This document shows positions 19,417 to 30,201 of a DNA stretch of 64,000 nucleotides, in pieces; position 1 is the first letter of the stretch, and each line of letters opens with the position of its first letter. Source of the DNA: an uncultured Poribacteria bacterium (GTDB lineage: Bacteria; Poribacteria; WGA-4E; WGA-3G); NCBI GenBank assembly GCA_951813565.1, contig OX638351.1, forward strand, positions 4,416,001-4,480,000. Reading direction: 5' to 3'. Made by a program: the position numbers and the translations under genes. The notes beneath the pieces are model-generated. The model was not told the origin of the DNA. It searched no databases and saw only the letters and a list, made by a program, of their open reading frames with translations.

Positions 19417-19826
19417 ACCCTACGCGTACCAAAGGAACGCCCATGCCCACACTTGACTTCAAAGGCAAACAATTCATATACGCACACCACCTCACCGTCC
19501 CCTTCCGCACACTGGATATAGACGACGACAAATCCCTCACAAGCGAAATCCCTCCATCATTAGACGACAACTTTATCATTCACGGTGACAACCTACACGC
19601 CTTAAAAGCACTCCTCCCGAAATACGCTGGCAAAATCAAGTGTATCTATATTGACCCGCCGTATAACACTGGTAACGAAAATTGGGTTTACAACGACAAC
19701 GTCAACAGTCCGATGATGCAAACGTGGCTTGAGAAAAATAGCCCTATAGACATTGAAGATTTAGAACGGCACGATAAGTGGTTGTGTATGATGTGGCCTC
19801 GGTTACACCTATTGCGTGAGTTGTTA

Positions 19827-20979
19827 TACCATATTAATATGATTGTTCTTGCATTTATTTTTTGGATGTGTTATTGTGATCAGATGAAAAATAAAAAACA
19901 TGGGGTTTCCCCTCACTTTTCAGTAGAAGTTCTGAAACAAAGGTATCTTGAATGTGAATGTCCTATTGAACGGACGCACTGGCATATTATTTGGCTTCTT
20001 GCTGATACCACACATCCGCGAACACCTCGCGAAGTTGCTGAGATTGTAGGATGCACGCCGGACTGGGTTCGGAAGTTGCTCAAACGCTACAACGCTGAAG
20101 GCGAAGCAGCTATGCGAGACAAACGCAAAAACAATGGACGCAAGCGTATTTTGGATGAAACACAGCAAGCAGCCCTTGAAGCTGCACTTTCTTCGCCTCC
20201 TGCTGATGGCGGTCTGTGGACAGGTCCGAAGGTGGCTGCGTGGATATCCGAGACACTCAAGCGTCCTGTCAGTAATGTGTCAGGTTGGAAATATCTCAAG
20301 CGTCTCGGTTATACTTTACAAACACCTCGTCCTCAACATCAGTCAGCTGCAACACCAGATGAGCAGCAAGCATTAAAAAAAAACTTAGGGAGCGGGTAGC
20401 TGAGCTTGAAGGTCAGCACCCGGAGAAATCGGTAGAAGTCTGGGCAGAAGACGAGGCACGCGTGGGATTATTGCCGGTTCATCGGCGTGTCTGGGCGAAG
20501 CAAGGTGAAAGACCGACAGCCTCGGTGTGTCCGTCATATAAATGGCTTTATGGTTTCGGTTTTGTCCGTCCACAGACGGGTGAGACTTATTGGCTTCTGA
20601 TGCCGAGTGTGAGTGTTGAAGTGATGAACCTTGCGTTGGCAGAGTTTGCTCGGGATGTAAACCCGGAAGGCAAGAAACAGATAATCCTCTTATTAGATCG
20701 TGCCGGTTTTCACACGGGTAAGGATTTAGATGTCCCACAAGGTATTGAGTTATTTTTTTTACCGCCGTATACACCGGAACTTCAACCTGCCGAACGGCTA
20801 TGGCCTCTGTTGCGAGAGGTGGTTGCCAATAAAGTTTTTAGAACGCTATCAGACCTTGAAGAAGTGCTTGTGAAAAGGTGTCAGTGGTTCTCCAAAAACA
20901 GAAAGAAGGTGCAAGAACATGTCGGTTTTCAGTGGATTTGCAAAATGGAAAACACAATATGACTTACGTTAATTTGGTA
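19827..20979 (+). mobile_element. IS630-family insertion sequence
   Basis: Ends TACCATATTAA / TTAATTTGGTA; flanking TTA (or TA) duplication at 19824-19826 and 20980-20982. Confidence 0.92.
19884..20962 (+). CDS. IS630 transposase (HTH ORF plus DDE ORF, joined by a probable -1 frameshift)
   Basis: OrfA 19884-20399 is HTH-like; A9 run at 20375-20383; the -1 frame gives WAEDEAR, LLDRAGFH, LPPYTPELQPAERLW. Confidence 0.88.
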
Positions 20980-22184
20980 TTATCCGATGATGGCGTCATT
21001 TTTATCTCTATTGATGATAATGAGCAGCACCGTTTGCGGATGCTCATGGATGAGATTTTTGGAGTGAGTAACTTTGTTGCTAATATTGTGTGGCATCACA
21101 GAAAATCAAGTCAAAACGATATAGATGTTTCGCTTTCTCATAATCACATACTTTGCTATGCCCTTGAAAAGTCTATATTTTCTTTCAACGCTGGAGATGT
21201 TGATGAAAGTAAATTCTCGAATCCCGATAAAGACTCTCGTGGTCCGTGGGTGGCAGATCCAATGGACGCCCCTCACATCAGGAAAAATTTGACGTACGAA
21301 ATTATCAACCCCAACACTGGCAAAATCTATCTACCTCCAGCCGGTAGACATTGGAGATTTTCTAAAGATAAGTACGAAGCCGCACTGAAAGAAAAACGAA
21401 TTATCTTTGGAAAAAGAGGAACTTCCAAGCCACAATATAAAAGGTTTCTCAGCGAAGCGCGTGAAAAAGGAGTCAATATCTTCACAATATGGAGTGATGT
21501 AGGAACTGCTACCGATGGGACTAAAGAACTTATTAACATTTTTGGTCGTGGACAAACTTTTCCAACTCCAAAGCCAACAGATTTAATTGCAAAAATAATC
21601 AGAGTATCTACAGATAAAAACGACATTATCCTTGACTCATTCGCAGGCAGCGGCACTACTGCTCACGCTGTCCTTGCCCTCAACAAAGCGGATGGCGGCA
21701 ACCGAAAGTTTATCCTTGTTGAATGTGAAGACTATGCTGACAATATCACAGCCGAACGCGTCCGTCGCGTCATAAACGGCGTTGAAAATGCCAAAGATGA
21801 AAACTTGCAGAAAGGACTCGGTGGATCCTTCACCTATTGCACACTCGGTGAAACAATTGACACTGAGGGGATGCTCACAGGTGACTCACTTCCCACATAC
21901 CAAACCTTAGCGAACTATGTCGCTTATGCGGCTACCGGCAGTAAATTGGAGATCAAAGCAAAGCAGAAAAATTACTGCTTCGGTGAAACAAAGGATATCC
22001 GATTCTATCTCATCTATGAACCGACACTTGAATTTTTAGAGAGCAATGAGTCCGCTTTAGATGCGAAACGTGCTGAGCAGATAGCTGAGGAATGTAAAGC
22101 GGCAGGCAAAAAAGCCTACGTTTATGCGTCTCATAAGTTTATGAGTCAAAAAGAACTTACGCCTATGGGTATTACCTTCTGCCA

Positions 22185-22790
22185 ACTCCCCTATAGCATC
22201 TATCAAATCACATAACACGTATTCTTGCCTTGAATTTTATTGTTTTTTGTCCTATAATTTAGTCAAGTGTTTACTGAAGGAGTACACAAATGAAGAAGGT
22301 TTTACTCTTGGCTCTCTGTTTTCTTATCTCAACGACTTGTGCGTTTGCAGAACTCACACAATCCGATTTTGAGAAGATTCAATCAATTGTTGAAAAGACT
22401 GTTGAAAAATCTGAAAAACAGATTAAGGAATATATTGATCTCAAAATTGATGCCGTTAATGCAAGAATTGATGCCGTTAATACGAACATTGATACGAAAA
22501 TTGATGCCGTTAACACAAGAATTGATGCCGTTAATGAATCTGTTGGTCGTAATTTCTACCTAATTATAGCCACGTTCATTCTAATTGTGGTTGCTGTTGG
22601 CATTCCGCAGGTAATCATAGCAATACAAAGTAAGAAATATGATAAATTGGTAGACGATGTTGAGATGTTAAAACAGCAACGTATCGCAAGTCCGTGAAAT
22701 TTACGCTTGTCTTGCGGGTTGAAGCAAAACCCCGTACAAAACTGCTTATTGCATCACTTTGCACTCCCCTATAGTATCTATCAAATCACA
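22185..22790 (+). repeat. 28-bp direct repeat of the mod 3' end flanking a small gene cassette
   Basis: ACTCCCCTATAG(C/T)ATCTATCAAATCACA at 22185-22212 and 22763-22790, one mismatch. Confidence 0.85.
22290..22697 (+). CDS. Small membrane-anchored coiled-coil protein with IDAVN repeats
   Basis: AAGGAG RBS, signal peptide, four IDAVN repeats, C-terminal transmembrane helix. Confidence 0.8.
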   Translation: MKKVLLLALCFLISTTCAFAELTQSDFEKIQSIVEKTVEKSEKQIKEYIDLKIDAVNARIDAVNTNIDTKIDAVNTRIDAVNESVGRNFYLIIATFILIVVAVGIPQVIIAIQSKKYDKLVDDVEMLKQQRIASP

Positions 22791-22801
22791 AACAGATAAA
22801 A

Positions 22802-25417
22802 ATGGAACTAAAAGAGTACCAACAACAAGCATTAGAGACTTTAGACCGCTACCTTGATGCACTGAAAGAGGCGTATCTGCAATTGGACAAAGTCGCCAAG
22901 ATTCTCTCATCAGATGAAGTCCCTGATAGTTTGAGAAATTATCCCTTTCAAGCATGGGAAAGTTTACGCAAAAAATCAGGGTTGCCGGGCGTACCAGACA
23001 AAAACGGTGAGAACCATATTCCAGAATATATTTCACGTGAGGCGGCCTCTGGCGAACTGATCCCGCATGTCTGCTTGAAAGTGCCAACAGGTGGTGGAAA
23101 GACGTTGTTAGGTGTAGGGGCGGTAAGGCGACTCAAAATCGGCACAGGATTTCTGCTCTGGATTGTGCCAACCAAAGCCATCTATTCACAAACACGAGAT
23201 GCATTTCGCAATCAAGAACATCCGTATCGACAGATTTTGGATCGCGCTTCTGGTGACCGTGTCAAGCTACTGGAAAAAGATGACAGATTTACAAAGCAAG
23301 ATGTTGAGAATCACCTCTGCGTAATGCTTTTGATGTTACCCTCCGCAAACCGAGAAAAAAACAAAGAATTTCTGAAAATATTTCGTGATAGTAGTGGTTA
23401 TGACTCCTTCTTCCCTATTGAAGACAATATTAGGAAACATCAAGCATTATCGGAGGAGCACCCAGACCTTGAAACTATAAAACTCGATGAACCAGGCCAG
23501 ATGCGTGGCATGTTCGCCGCAAATCCTGCAGATAGACTGATTAAGCAGAGCCTTATTAATGTGCTAAAATTGATACGACCGACGGTAATTTTAGACGAAG
23601 CGCACAAGGCTTACGGGAGCCAAAAAGTGGAAAATAATCGAGAGTTCGTAAAAGCAGTGAACCGCCTGAATCCTCGCTTTGTATTGGAGTTATCTGCTAC
23701 GCCGCAGCTCGGAATTAGCAACATCCTTGTCAATATCTCTGGCACAGCACTGAAAGAAGAGGAGATGATTAAAATCCCGATTCAACTCCGCAATTTTCCA
23801 AATTCCACCTGGAAATATACACTTGCTAAAGCAAAAGCAGAACGGGATAAACTGGAAGAAGCAGCAAAGCAATTTCAGCAAGCAGAAAATCGCTACATCC
23901 GTCCTATTGCAGTGATTCGTGTTGATCGTACCGGTAAAAAGCAGCGTGCCGGTGTTAAAGTGCACGCTCAAGATGCCCGCGACGAACTTATCAAGGTACT
24001 CGGTGTGCCAGAGGAACACATCAAGGTTAAATCTTCTGAACAGGATGAACTCGCTGGTGTGGATCTACTCAGTCCTTTCTGTTCTGTGCGCTACATCATC
24101 ACAAAAGATGCATTAAAGGAAGGATGGGATTGTCCGTTTGCCTACCAATTGGCACTGCTTGATAACACCACTGCACAGACCGCTATGACGCAGCTTATCG
24201 GCAGAGTCATGCGGCAACCGCATGCACGCGCAACGAATTGCTCGGAATTAGATACTTGTTATATCTACTGCTTCAATCAGAAAGTAGGAGATGCTGTTGA
24301 CAACGTCAAAAAAGGGTTAGAGGCGGAAGGGTTAACAGGGCTTGCGGAATACGTTGAAAGCATGGATGTGGAGCGTGAAAAGAAAAGTATTCAGCGCAGG
24401 AAGAAATACCGTGAGATAGATATTTTTCTGCCACAAGTAATGCACAAACATGGACGTAGTTGGGACATGCTCAATTATGAGCGTGACATTCTCAGTGCGA
24501 TTGATTGGCGTCAACTCGGAGCAGTGGAACCTGTAAATTTAGATGACCAAGAACTTTTACAAGAAATCCGCGCTACTATCCATTTGCAAGACCATGACGA
24601 ACCAGAAAAAATCATATTAGAAAATACATCGGAAAAATTGGAAATATCGTTTTTTGTTAGGCGTTTGAACGATGTTATTCCGAATCCTTGGCAAGCAGCG
24701 CGTATCGTTAAAGCCACCCTTCAAGCCTATCGGGAACAAGGCGATGATGAGGATAAGTTATTTACAAATCGGGTATATCTTTCCGAAGTCTTGAAAAACA
24801 AACTCCGTACACAGATAGATACTCTTGCAGAAACTATTTTTAGAGAGAAACTGGACGATAACAAAATTCGGTTTAGTCTTGAAACAGATGTCGCGTTGAA
24901 TTTTGAGTTGGAAAAAACGATTGAAGTTATTATCTCAAAAGACGCAAAACGTCTAACCCATTCAGATGCAAGTCCCGTGCAGCTCAACCTCTTTAACCCT
25001 GTGTATGAAGCAGAATTCAACAATTTGGAGAAAGATTTCGCGCTTTATCTGGATAAAAAAGATGCAATTCAGTGGTGGCATCGTATCGCCGCGAGACAAG
25101 GCTATTTTTTACAAGGTTGGCGGCGGGACCGTGTTTATCCTGACTTTATCGCTTGTGTGCAAGGAGACAAGAAGGGACAGCAACGTCTACTCATTTTTGA
25201 AACCAAGGGGCAACACCTTGAAGGCAACAGCGACACCACCTACAAACAAGAACTTATCAAGACATTAGAGTCAGCGTATAAAAACGCTACAGAATACGGG
25301 ACAATGGAAGCTGCCGGCCCTAATGACAAACCTATGTCTTTTCGCATGTTGCTTGAGGACACTTGGTGTGAGACTGTTAATGAGACGATAGATGACTACT
25401 CTGCATCGTCACAATAA
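22802..25417 (+). CDS. res: Type III restriction (Res) subunit, SF2 helicase plus PD-(D/E)XK nuclease
   Basis: VPTGGGKT, ILDEAH, LKEGWD, QLIGRVMR, YPDFI...FETKG. Confidence 0.93.
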   Translation: MELKEYQQQALETLDRYLDALKEAYLQLDKVAKILSSDEVPDSLRNYPFQAWESLRKKSGLPGVPDKNGENHIPEYISREAASGELIPHVCLKVPTGGGKTLLGVGAVRRLKIGTGFLLWIVPTKAIYSQTRDAFRNQEHPYRQILDRASGDRVKLLEKDDRFTKQDVENHLCVMLLMLPSANREKNKEFLKIFRDSSGYDSFFPIEDNIRKHQALSEEHPDLETIKLDEPGQMRGMFAANPADRLIKQSLINVLKLIRPTVILDEAHKAYGSQKVENNREFVKAVNRLNPRFVLELSATPQLGISNILVNISGTALKEEEMIKIPIQLRNFPNSTWKYTLAKAKAERDKLEEAAKQFQQAENRYIRPIAVIRVDRTGKKQRAGVKVHAQDARDELIKVLGVPEEHIKVKSSEQDELAGVDLLSPFCSVRYIITKDALKEGWDCPFAYQLALLDNTTAQTAMTQLIGRVMRQPHARATNCSELDTCYIYCFNQKVGDAVDNVKKGLEAEGLTGLAEYVESMDVEREKKSIQRRKKYREIDIFLPQVMHKHGRSWDMLNYERDILSAIDWRQLGAVEPVNLDDQELLQEIRATIHLQDHDEPEKIILENTSEKLEISFFVRRLNDVIPNPWQAARIVKATLQAYREQGDDEDKLFTNRVYLSEVLKNKLRTQIDTLAETIFREKLDDNKIRFSLETDVALNFELEKTIEVIISKDAKRLTHSDASPVQLNLFNPVYEAEFNNLEKDFALYLDKKDAIQWWHRIAARQGYFLQGWRRDRVYPDFIACVQGDKKGQQRLLIFETKGQHLEGNSDTTYKQELIKTLESAYKNATEYGTMEAAGPNDKPMSFRMLLEDTWCETVNETIDDYSASSQ

Positions 25418-25685
25418 CGGATCAGTCGCATGAGTAAATCTCTCTTCCAACCTACAATTCCTTATAGAATGGACAAGTTTTTCCTGCTTCTGCTTTCCTT
25501 GACGTAAGGAAGTCCCTTCTTTATGTCTAACCCTCCTATTTCTTTAAGCATTTGCCTTTTTCAAGCGTTACAACGTTCAATCACAATTCATTGTGTTGTC
25601 TTAGCAATTAGTCTTAAATTATGTTGCGTCCTTATTATTTGCATAAGTCCTGAAGTTTTTAGAAGTAATACACAGAACAACATTT

Positions 25686-27224
25686 ATGTTAAAATTAAAG
25701 TCTTCTCTTGCATTAAATTATACATCAACAAAAATTTTAGATTTCGCGACTTATATCGGATTTTTAATTTTTGTCCTATCGCTTCCATTCGGTTATTCAA
25801 CCGTATTTCTAAATATAGGGATGTCGCTTGTTCTGCTTGGATGGGTGGGACGTATGATCTCAGAGCGGAAACTCAATTGGCATCGGACACCGCTTGACGT
25901 TCCCATCGCACTATTCTTAGGGTTAGCATTAGTTGCCTCACTATTTGCCCCGCATTTTGCAAGCAGTAGTTTCGGCTATTTTTGGAAGCTGCTTCGAGCG
26001 ATACTACTCTTTTATGCTGTAATTCATAGCCGCTTAGGTATACGATGGCGTCATATTATCATAGCGTTTTTTGTTGCAGCGGCGATCTGTTCTACATTTG
26101 GAATCTGGTACTACGCCAACGATACACGTTTAGCGCTCGATTTTATGGGACGAGTCGGGTTAGAATTTCAGGAAGAGTTCTCCGCTGGCAAGGGGTTCTC
26201 AGACGATTTGCGCGCTGAATTGCGACGAATCAATGTTCCACTTTCCCAGAGTGCCTTGATTTCTTCAGCAAATACCCAAAGTGAATGGCGCGTTGATGAT
26301 TCAGTAAGGGACAGACGTTATGTAGTCCGTAAGGACGAAAAACATCTCATGGTTTACATGATTGAACAGCGACTCGCAGGTACTTTCAAGATGCCGAATG
26401 ACCTTGGTGCCTACCTTGCATTAAGCCTTCCGTTTGTGATAGGATACTTTGTGGTAAGTTGGCAATCTCTGCGAAAACAGAAGCGAACAATGTGGATAAT
26501 TGCTGCACTCAGTGCTGTTGTTTTCGTAATGACAGTGAATTTGATGCTAACCCTTACACGCGCTGCTTGGGTGAGTGTTGCAATAGCGGCAATTTGCATC
26601 GGTTTCTACGTCGTTGTGAAGATGCTATCGGCACTTAAATCTGTAGGCAATATGTGGAAGTTTGTGTCGATAGGGACGGTTTTAATAATCTTGGTACTTG
26701 GTGTATCACTATTTCTGATGCCGCAGCATATCAAATCGCGCTTCCAAACGATAATAGAACAGCCAGTGGGTTTTATGGGAGAACGTCCGCAGTGGTGGCA
26801 AACCTCACTTGAACTCATTCAGAAATACCCATTTACAGGCATTGGGTTAGGTAGGTTTCGTTATGAGTACCAGTTAAACGGACCTGCTGAACAGTATAAT
26901 ATCCCTTTTCACGCGCATAACATCTATCTTCATATAGCCGTTGAACACGGCATTCCTTCCCTATTCCTGTTTTTGTGGATAATTGTAATCATCTGGAGAC
27001 AGATTTGGGCACTCCGTTCCACGATGGGGGTTGAAGAATATTTTTGGAACATGGGAGCATTTCTCGGTGGAAGTGGATTTCTAATCTCAGCACTAATTTA
27101 CGGATTAGCAGATAACATCCTACATCAGCGAACAGTTTTGCTTTTTTGGTTTATCATCGGCATAATATATTATATCCAACTACATAAGGACGAAATACAT
27201 GAAAAAAGACTTGAAACCGATTGA
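25686..27224 (+). CDS. O-antigen ligase family membrane protein
   Basis: Multiple TM helices, PNDLGAYL, TLTRAAW, GIGLGRF, HAHNIYL. Confidence 0.88.
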   Translation: MLKLKSSLALNYTSTKILDFATYIGFLIFVLSLPFGYSTVFLNIGMSLVLLGWVGRMISERKLNWHRTPLDVPIALFLGLALVASLFAPHFASSSFGYFWKLLRAILLFYAVIHSRLGIRWRHIIIAFFVAAAICSTFGIWYYANDTRLALDFMGRVGLEFQEEFSAGKGFSDDLRAELRRINVPLSQSALISSANTQSEWRVDDSVRDRRYVVRKDEKHLMVYMIEQRLAGTFKMPNDLGAYLALSLPFVIGYFVVSWQSLRKQKRTMWIIAALSAVVFVMTVNLMLTLTRAAWVSVAIAAICIGFYVVVKMLSALKSVGNMWKFVSIGTVLIILVLGVSLFLMPQHIKSRFQTIIEQPVGFMGERPQWWQTSLELIQKYPFTGIGLGRFRYEYQLNGPAEQYNIPFHAHNIYLHIAVEHGIPSLFLFLWIIVIIWRQIWALRSTMGVEEYFWNMGAFLGGSGFLISALIYGLADNILHQRTVLLFWFIIGIIYYIQLHKDEIHEKRLETD

Positions 27225-28146
27225 CATGTCTTCCGTGACAACTTATCCGCTACAGGATCGTATCAACAAAGTATCTGTCAACGATTTTGCGACACTGGCA
27301 GACTCAGAGATGGATATATCCCCCTTTTTGCAATCTCTCCCTAAGATTCTTAAGGGACAAGATTTTTTAGAACTCATTGATAAAATCGTTACTGCATATC
27401 GACGTAAAAAGGCAGTTATTGTCATGATGGGAGGACATGTCATCAAATGTGGTTTATCGCCACTTTTAATTGCACTTGCGAAACAGGGGATAATCACCGG
27501 TTTCGTCTTTAATGGCGCAAGTAGTATTCACGATTTTGAGATCGCCCTCATCGGTGAAACCTCTGAAGATGTCTCTGCATATCTACAAACAGGGCAATTC
27601 GGGATGTGGGAAGAAACAGGAAGATTAATGAATAATGCGATACAAAATGCTGCTAATACAGGCATCGGTATGGGCGAAGCATTGGGCAAACTATTGATAG
27701 AAATGGACGCACCGCACAACGCGTATAGCCTCCTTGCTGCAGGAATTCAACATGATATTCCGATTACTGTTCATGTCGCTATCGGTACGGACATCATTCA
27801 CCAGCATCCATCAGCGAACGGTGCTGCCATTGGAGAGGCGAGTTTTACAGATTTTCGTTTGCTGACACAACTTGTGACGCAGTTAGAAGATGGGGGTGTT
27901 GTTCTAAACTTCGGCTCGGCAGTAATTTTGCCAGAAGTGTTTCTGAAAGCGTTGACGATCGCTCGGAATTTGGGGCATACGGTATCTCATTTCACTGCTG
28001 CCGACTTTGACATGAATCAACAATATCGTCCCTTAGAAAATGTTGTCAAACGTCCGACTGAAATGGGGGGAAAAGGTTGGACTTTTACGGGACATCATGA
28101 ATTGATGATTCCGCTTTTGGTGCAGGGGATTAAGTCACGCTTGTAA
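27199..28146 (+). CDS. Conserved protein, deoxyhypusine-synthase-like fold
   Basis: MGGHVIKCG, HDFEIAL, GSAVILPEVFLKA, GHHELMIP; overlaps the ligase gene. Confidence 0.7.
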   Translation: MKKDLKPIDMSSVTTYPLQDRINKVSVNDFATLADSEMDISPFLQSLPKILKGQDFLELIDKIVTAYRRKKAVIVMMGGHVIKCGLSPLLIALAKQGIITGFVFNGASSIHDFEIALIGETSEDVSAYLQTGQFGMWEETGRLMNNAIQNAANTGIGMGEALGKLLIEMDAPHNAYSLLAAGIQHDIPITVHVAIGTDIIHQHPSANGAAIGEASFTDFRLLTQLVTQLEDGGVVLNFGSAVILPEVFLKALTIARNLGHTVSHFTAADFDMNQQYRPLENVVKRPTEMGGKGWTFTGHHELMIPLLVQGIKSRL

Positions 28147-28578
28147 TTTGTTAGGCGCGATATATAAGAAAATACTGTCTCGCCTATTGTGTCACGTATG
28201 GCATTCACCGCCTACCGGTCAATGTCCGAGGCGCAATGAATTGCGCGACTACAAACGCCGCAAACGGTAATAAATGTCCACTTAATTTTATAATTCACTA
28301 TAATATGCTAAGATTTAATCTCAACTTGTCTCATTAATTGATATTTCTGTACTTCTACAATTTGATTTGTATTTTGAAGGTTCATCATAGTGAATCAACT
28401 TAGAATACATGTATGGTATTCAGTGTAGCGCGCCAATTCGTGACTTTTCCTGCAAACATCTAAATTACTGAAAACTAAATAATTTAATGATATTCTACCG
28501 TAGCGCATTTTCAATTAATTTTTGGTTTAACACTTGCATTTTGTTCTGTTTTATCATATAATTTGTGTAAGAGTGCCA

Positions 28579-29496
28579 ATGAAGATAGATAAATTCACGA
28601 ATCAACGTCAAATGTGCATACGGCATTTGTCGGATTTTAACCTGAAATATACCTTAGAATCTGGACAGTCGTTCCGATGGAACCGGGTGGACGATTCGTA
28701 TTATGGTGTCGTTGAGGGACGGATACTCAAAATCCTGCAAAGGGGCAATACCTTAATTATAGATAGTTCGCAATACGAAGACGAGGCAATTTTCACATCG
28801 CACTTGTCTCATTATCTTGACTTACACCGGGAGTTGGCATCAATATTAGCAGTTGTGAACGTTGATGCTTACATTGATCGTGCAATTAATCAGTTCTGGG
28901 GCATGCGTATTCTAAATCAGGAATTATGGGAAACCATAGCATCGTTTATCTTATCACAAAACAACAACATGGGGCGAATCCGCAGCATTATCCGATCACT
29001 ATCAGAACGTTTCGGCCAGAGGTTGGAGTTTGAGGGGTACGTGGATTACACTTTTCCATTGCCGCAAACACTTGCGGATGTTGGTGTTGATGAAATTTTT
29101 GCTTGTGGTACCGGATACCGTGCAAATTACCTCTGGAATGCCGCGAATAACATTGCCAATGGCGAACTTGTACTTGATGCGTTAAAACAGGTGGACTACC
29201 CTGACGCAAAACACGAATTGATGAAATTGGAAGGTATTGGCGAAAAGGTCGCTGATTGTATCTGCCTTTTTTCTCTTGGTCACCTTGCAGCATTGCCTGT
29301 TGATGTTTGGATAAAGCGGATTTTTGAGACAATATATCTTCGCAGGCGCGCGACACTACGCGAAATTCAAGAATTTGCCAAAAGCTATTTTGGGGAATTC
29401 GTAGGATATGCCCAACAGTATTTATTTCACTACGCGCAAAACCATCCAAAGTGGGCGGATGCTGAACATCTGGCATTGCGCGACAAGAAAAAGTAA
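28579..29496 (+). CDS. 8-oxoguanine DNA glycosylase (Ogg1-like, HhH-GPD)
   Basis: TLESGQSFRW, ILSQNNN, GIGEKVADC, PVDVWI, GYAQQYLF; start position uncertain. Confidence 0.9.
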   Translation: MKIDKFTNQRQMCIRHLSDFNLKYTLESGQSFRWNRVDDSYYGVVEGRILKILQRGNTLIIDSSQYEDEAIFTSHLSHYLDLHRELASILAVVNVDAYIDRAINQFWGMRILNQELWETIASFILSQNNNMGRIRSIIRSLSERFGQRLEFEGYVDYTFPLPQTLADVGVDEIFACGTGYRANYLWNAANNIANGELVLDALKQVDYPDAKHELMKLEGIGEKVADCICLFSLGHLAALPVDVWIKRIFETIYLRRRATLREIQEFAKSYFGEFVGYAQQYLFHYAQNHPKWADAEHLALRDKKK

Positions 29497-29637
29497 TATT
29501 AATTTTGTATTTTGCAGTAAAGTTATCTCATCAATCACCATAGTCAACAATTCATTGATGTAACTCCGATGTAAGTTGGCTTGAACGGGTGAAACTCAAC
29601 AAATCGTTTTTTGCGAACGCTGTAAATAGCGGAATTT

Positions 29638-29795
29638 ATAGTGAACTTTGAAATTATTGGGACACTTTGATAAACTTGTCTTGGAAAGATAATGGACAAT
29701 AGAAGTTGTAGCACAACCTTTTAGTTTGTGCCTTATGAGACGCAAACTAAAAGGTTGCGCTACAGAAGTGTCCCATTAATTATAGGTTTTACTAT
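29638..29795. mobile_element. TATAGT(G/A)AA-ended miniature inverted-repeat element carrying a GTAG REP doublet
   Basis: TATAGTGAA...GGGACACTT / AAGTGTCCC...TTTACTATA; internal GTAGCACAACCTTTTAGTTTG and its inverse; related copies at 32461-32605 and 56868-56969. Confidence 0.65.
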
Positions 29796-29820
29796 AGTAA
29801 AATATCTTTAGGAGGATTGT

Positions 29821-30183
29821 ATGACTGAAGCAACAGGGAAAAACGTGGTATCTCTTTTAGAAGAACATGTGGACCTTGCTATATCGACTGTTAAAAAATT
29901 AAGAGATGAAAAACTTGAACTTGAAGCAGAAATTGCGCGGCTTAACAGTGATGTGTTGCAACGTAACGCAAAAATTCAAGAGTTGGAAAATCTTAATAGT
30001 GACTTACGAGAAGCATCTGAACTTGCACGGTTAGCCACTGAAGAGGAACGTGCTGGAATCCGACAGCAGCTTGAAGGACTAATGGCGGGCCTCGTTGAAC
30101 CAGATGTAACATCAGAAGCTACTGATGCAACAGCAAGCAATTCTGAAGATGAGGTGCTGTTTAAAGCTCAAAGTAAAGAATAA
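29821..30183 (+). CDS. Coiled-coil protein, possibly ZapB-like
   Basis: AGGAGG RBS; heptad pattern LEEHVDLAISTVKKLRDEKLELEAE. Confidence 0.55.
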   Translation: MTEATGKNVVSLLEEHVDLAISTVKKLRDEKLELEAEIARLNSDVLQRNAKIQELENLNSDLREASELARLATEEERAGIRQQLEGLMAGLVEPDVTSEATDATASNSEDEVLFKAQSKE

Positions 30184-30201
30184 TATTCTGAAGTCAAACC
30201 G

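Larger units (their letters stand above)
19443..22215 (+). pseudogene. mod: Type III RM modification (Mod) N6-adenine methyltransferase interrupted by IS630
   Basis: 5' part (19443-19826) has IYIDPPY; 3' part (from about 20980) has DSFAGSGTT. Removing the IS and one TTA restores ...RELL-SDDGVIFISIDDNE in frame. Confidence 0.92.

Noticed and set aside
19443..20399. Novel methyltransferase-HTH fusion gene (318 aa)
   Set aside because: Explained by IS630 insertion; the IR and TSD mark the junction.
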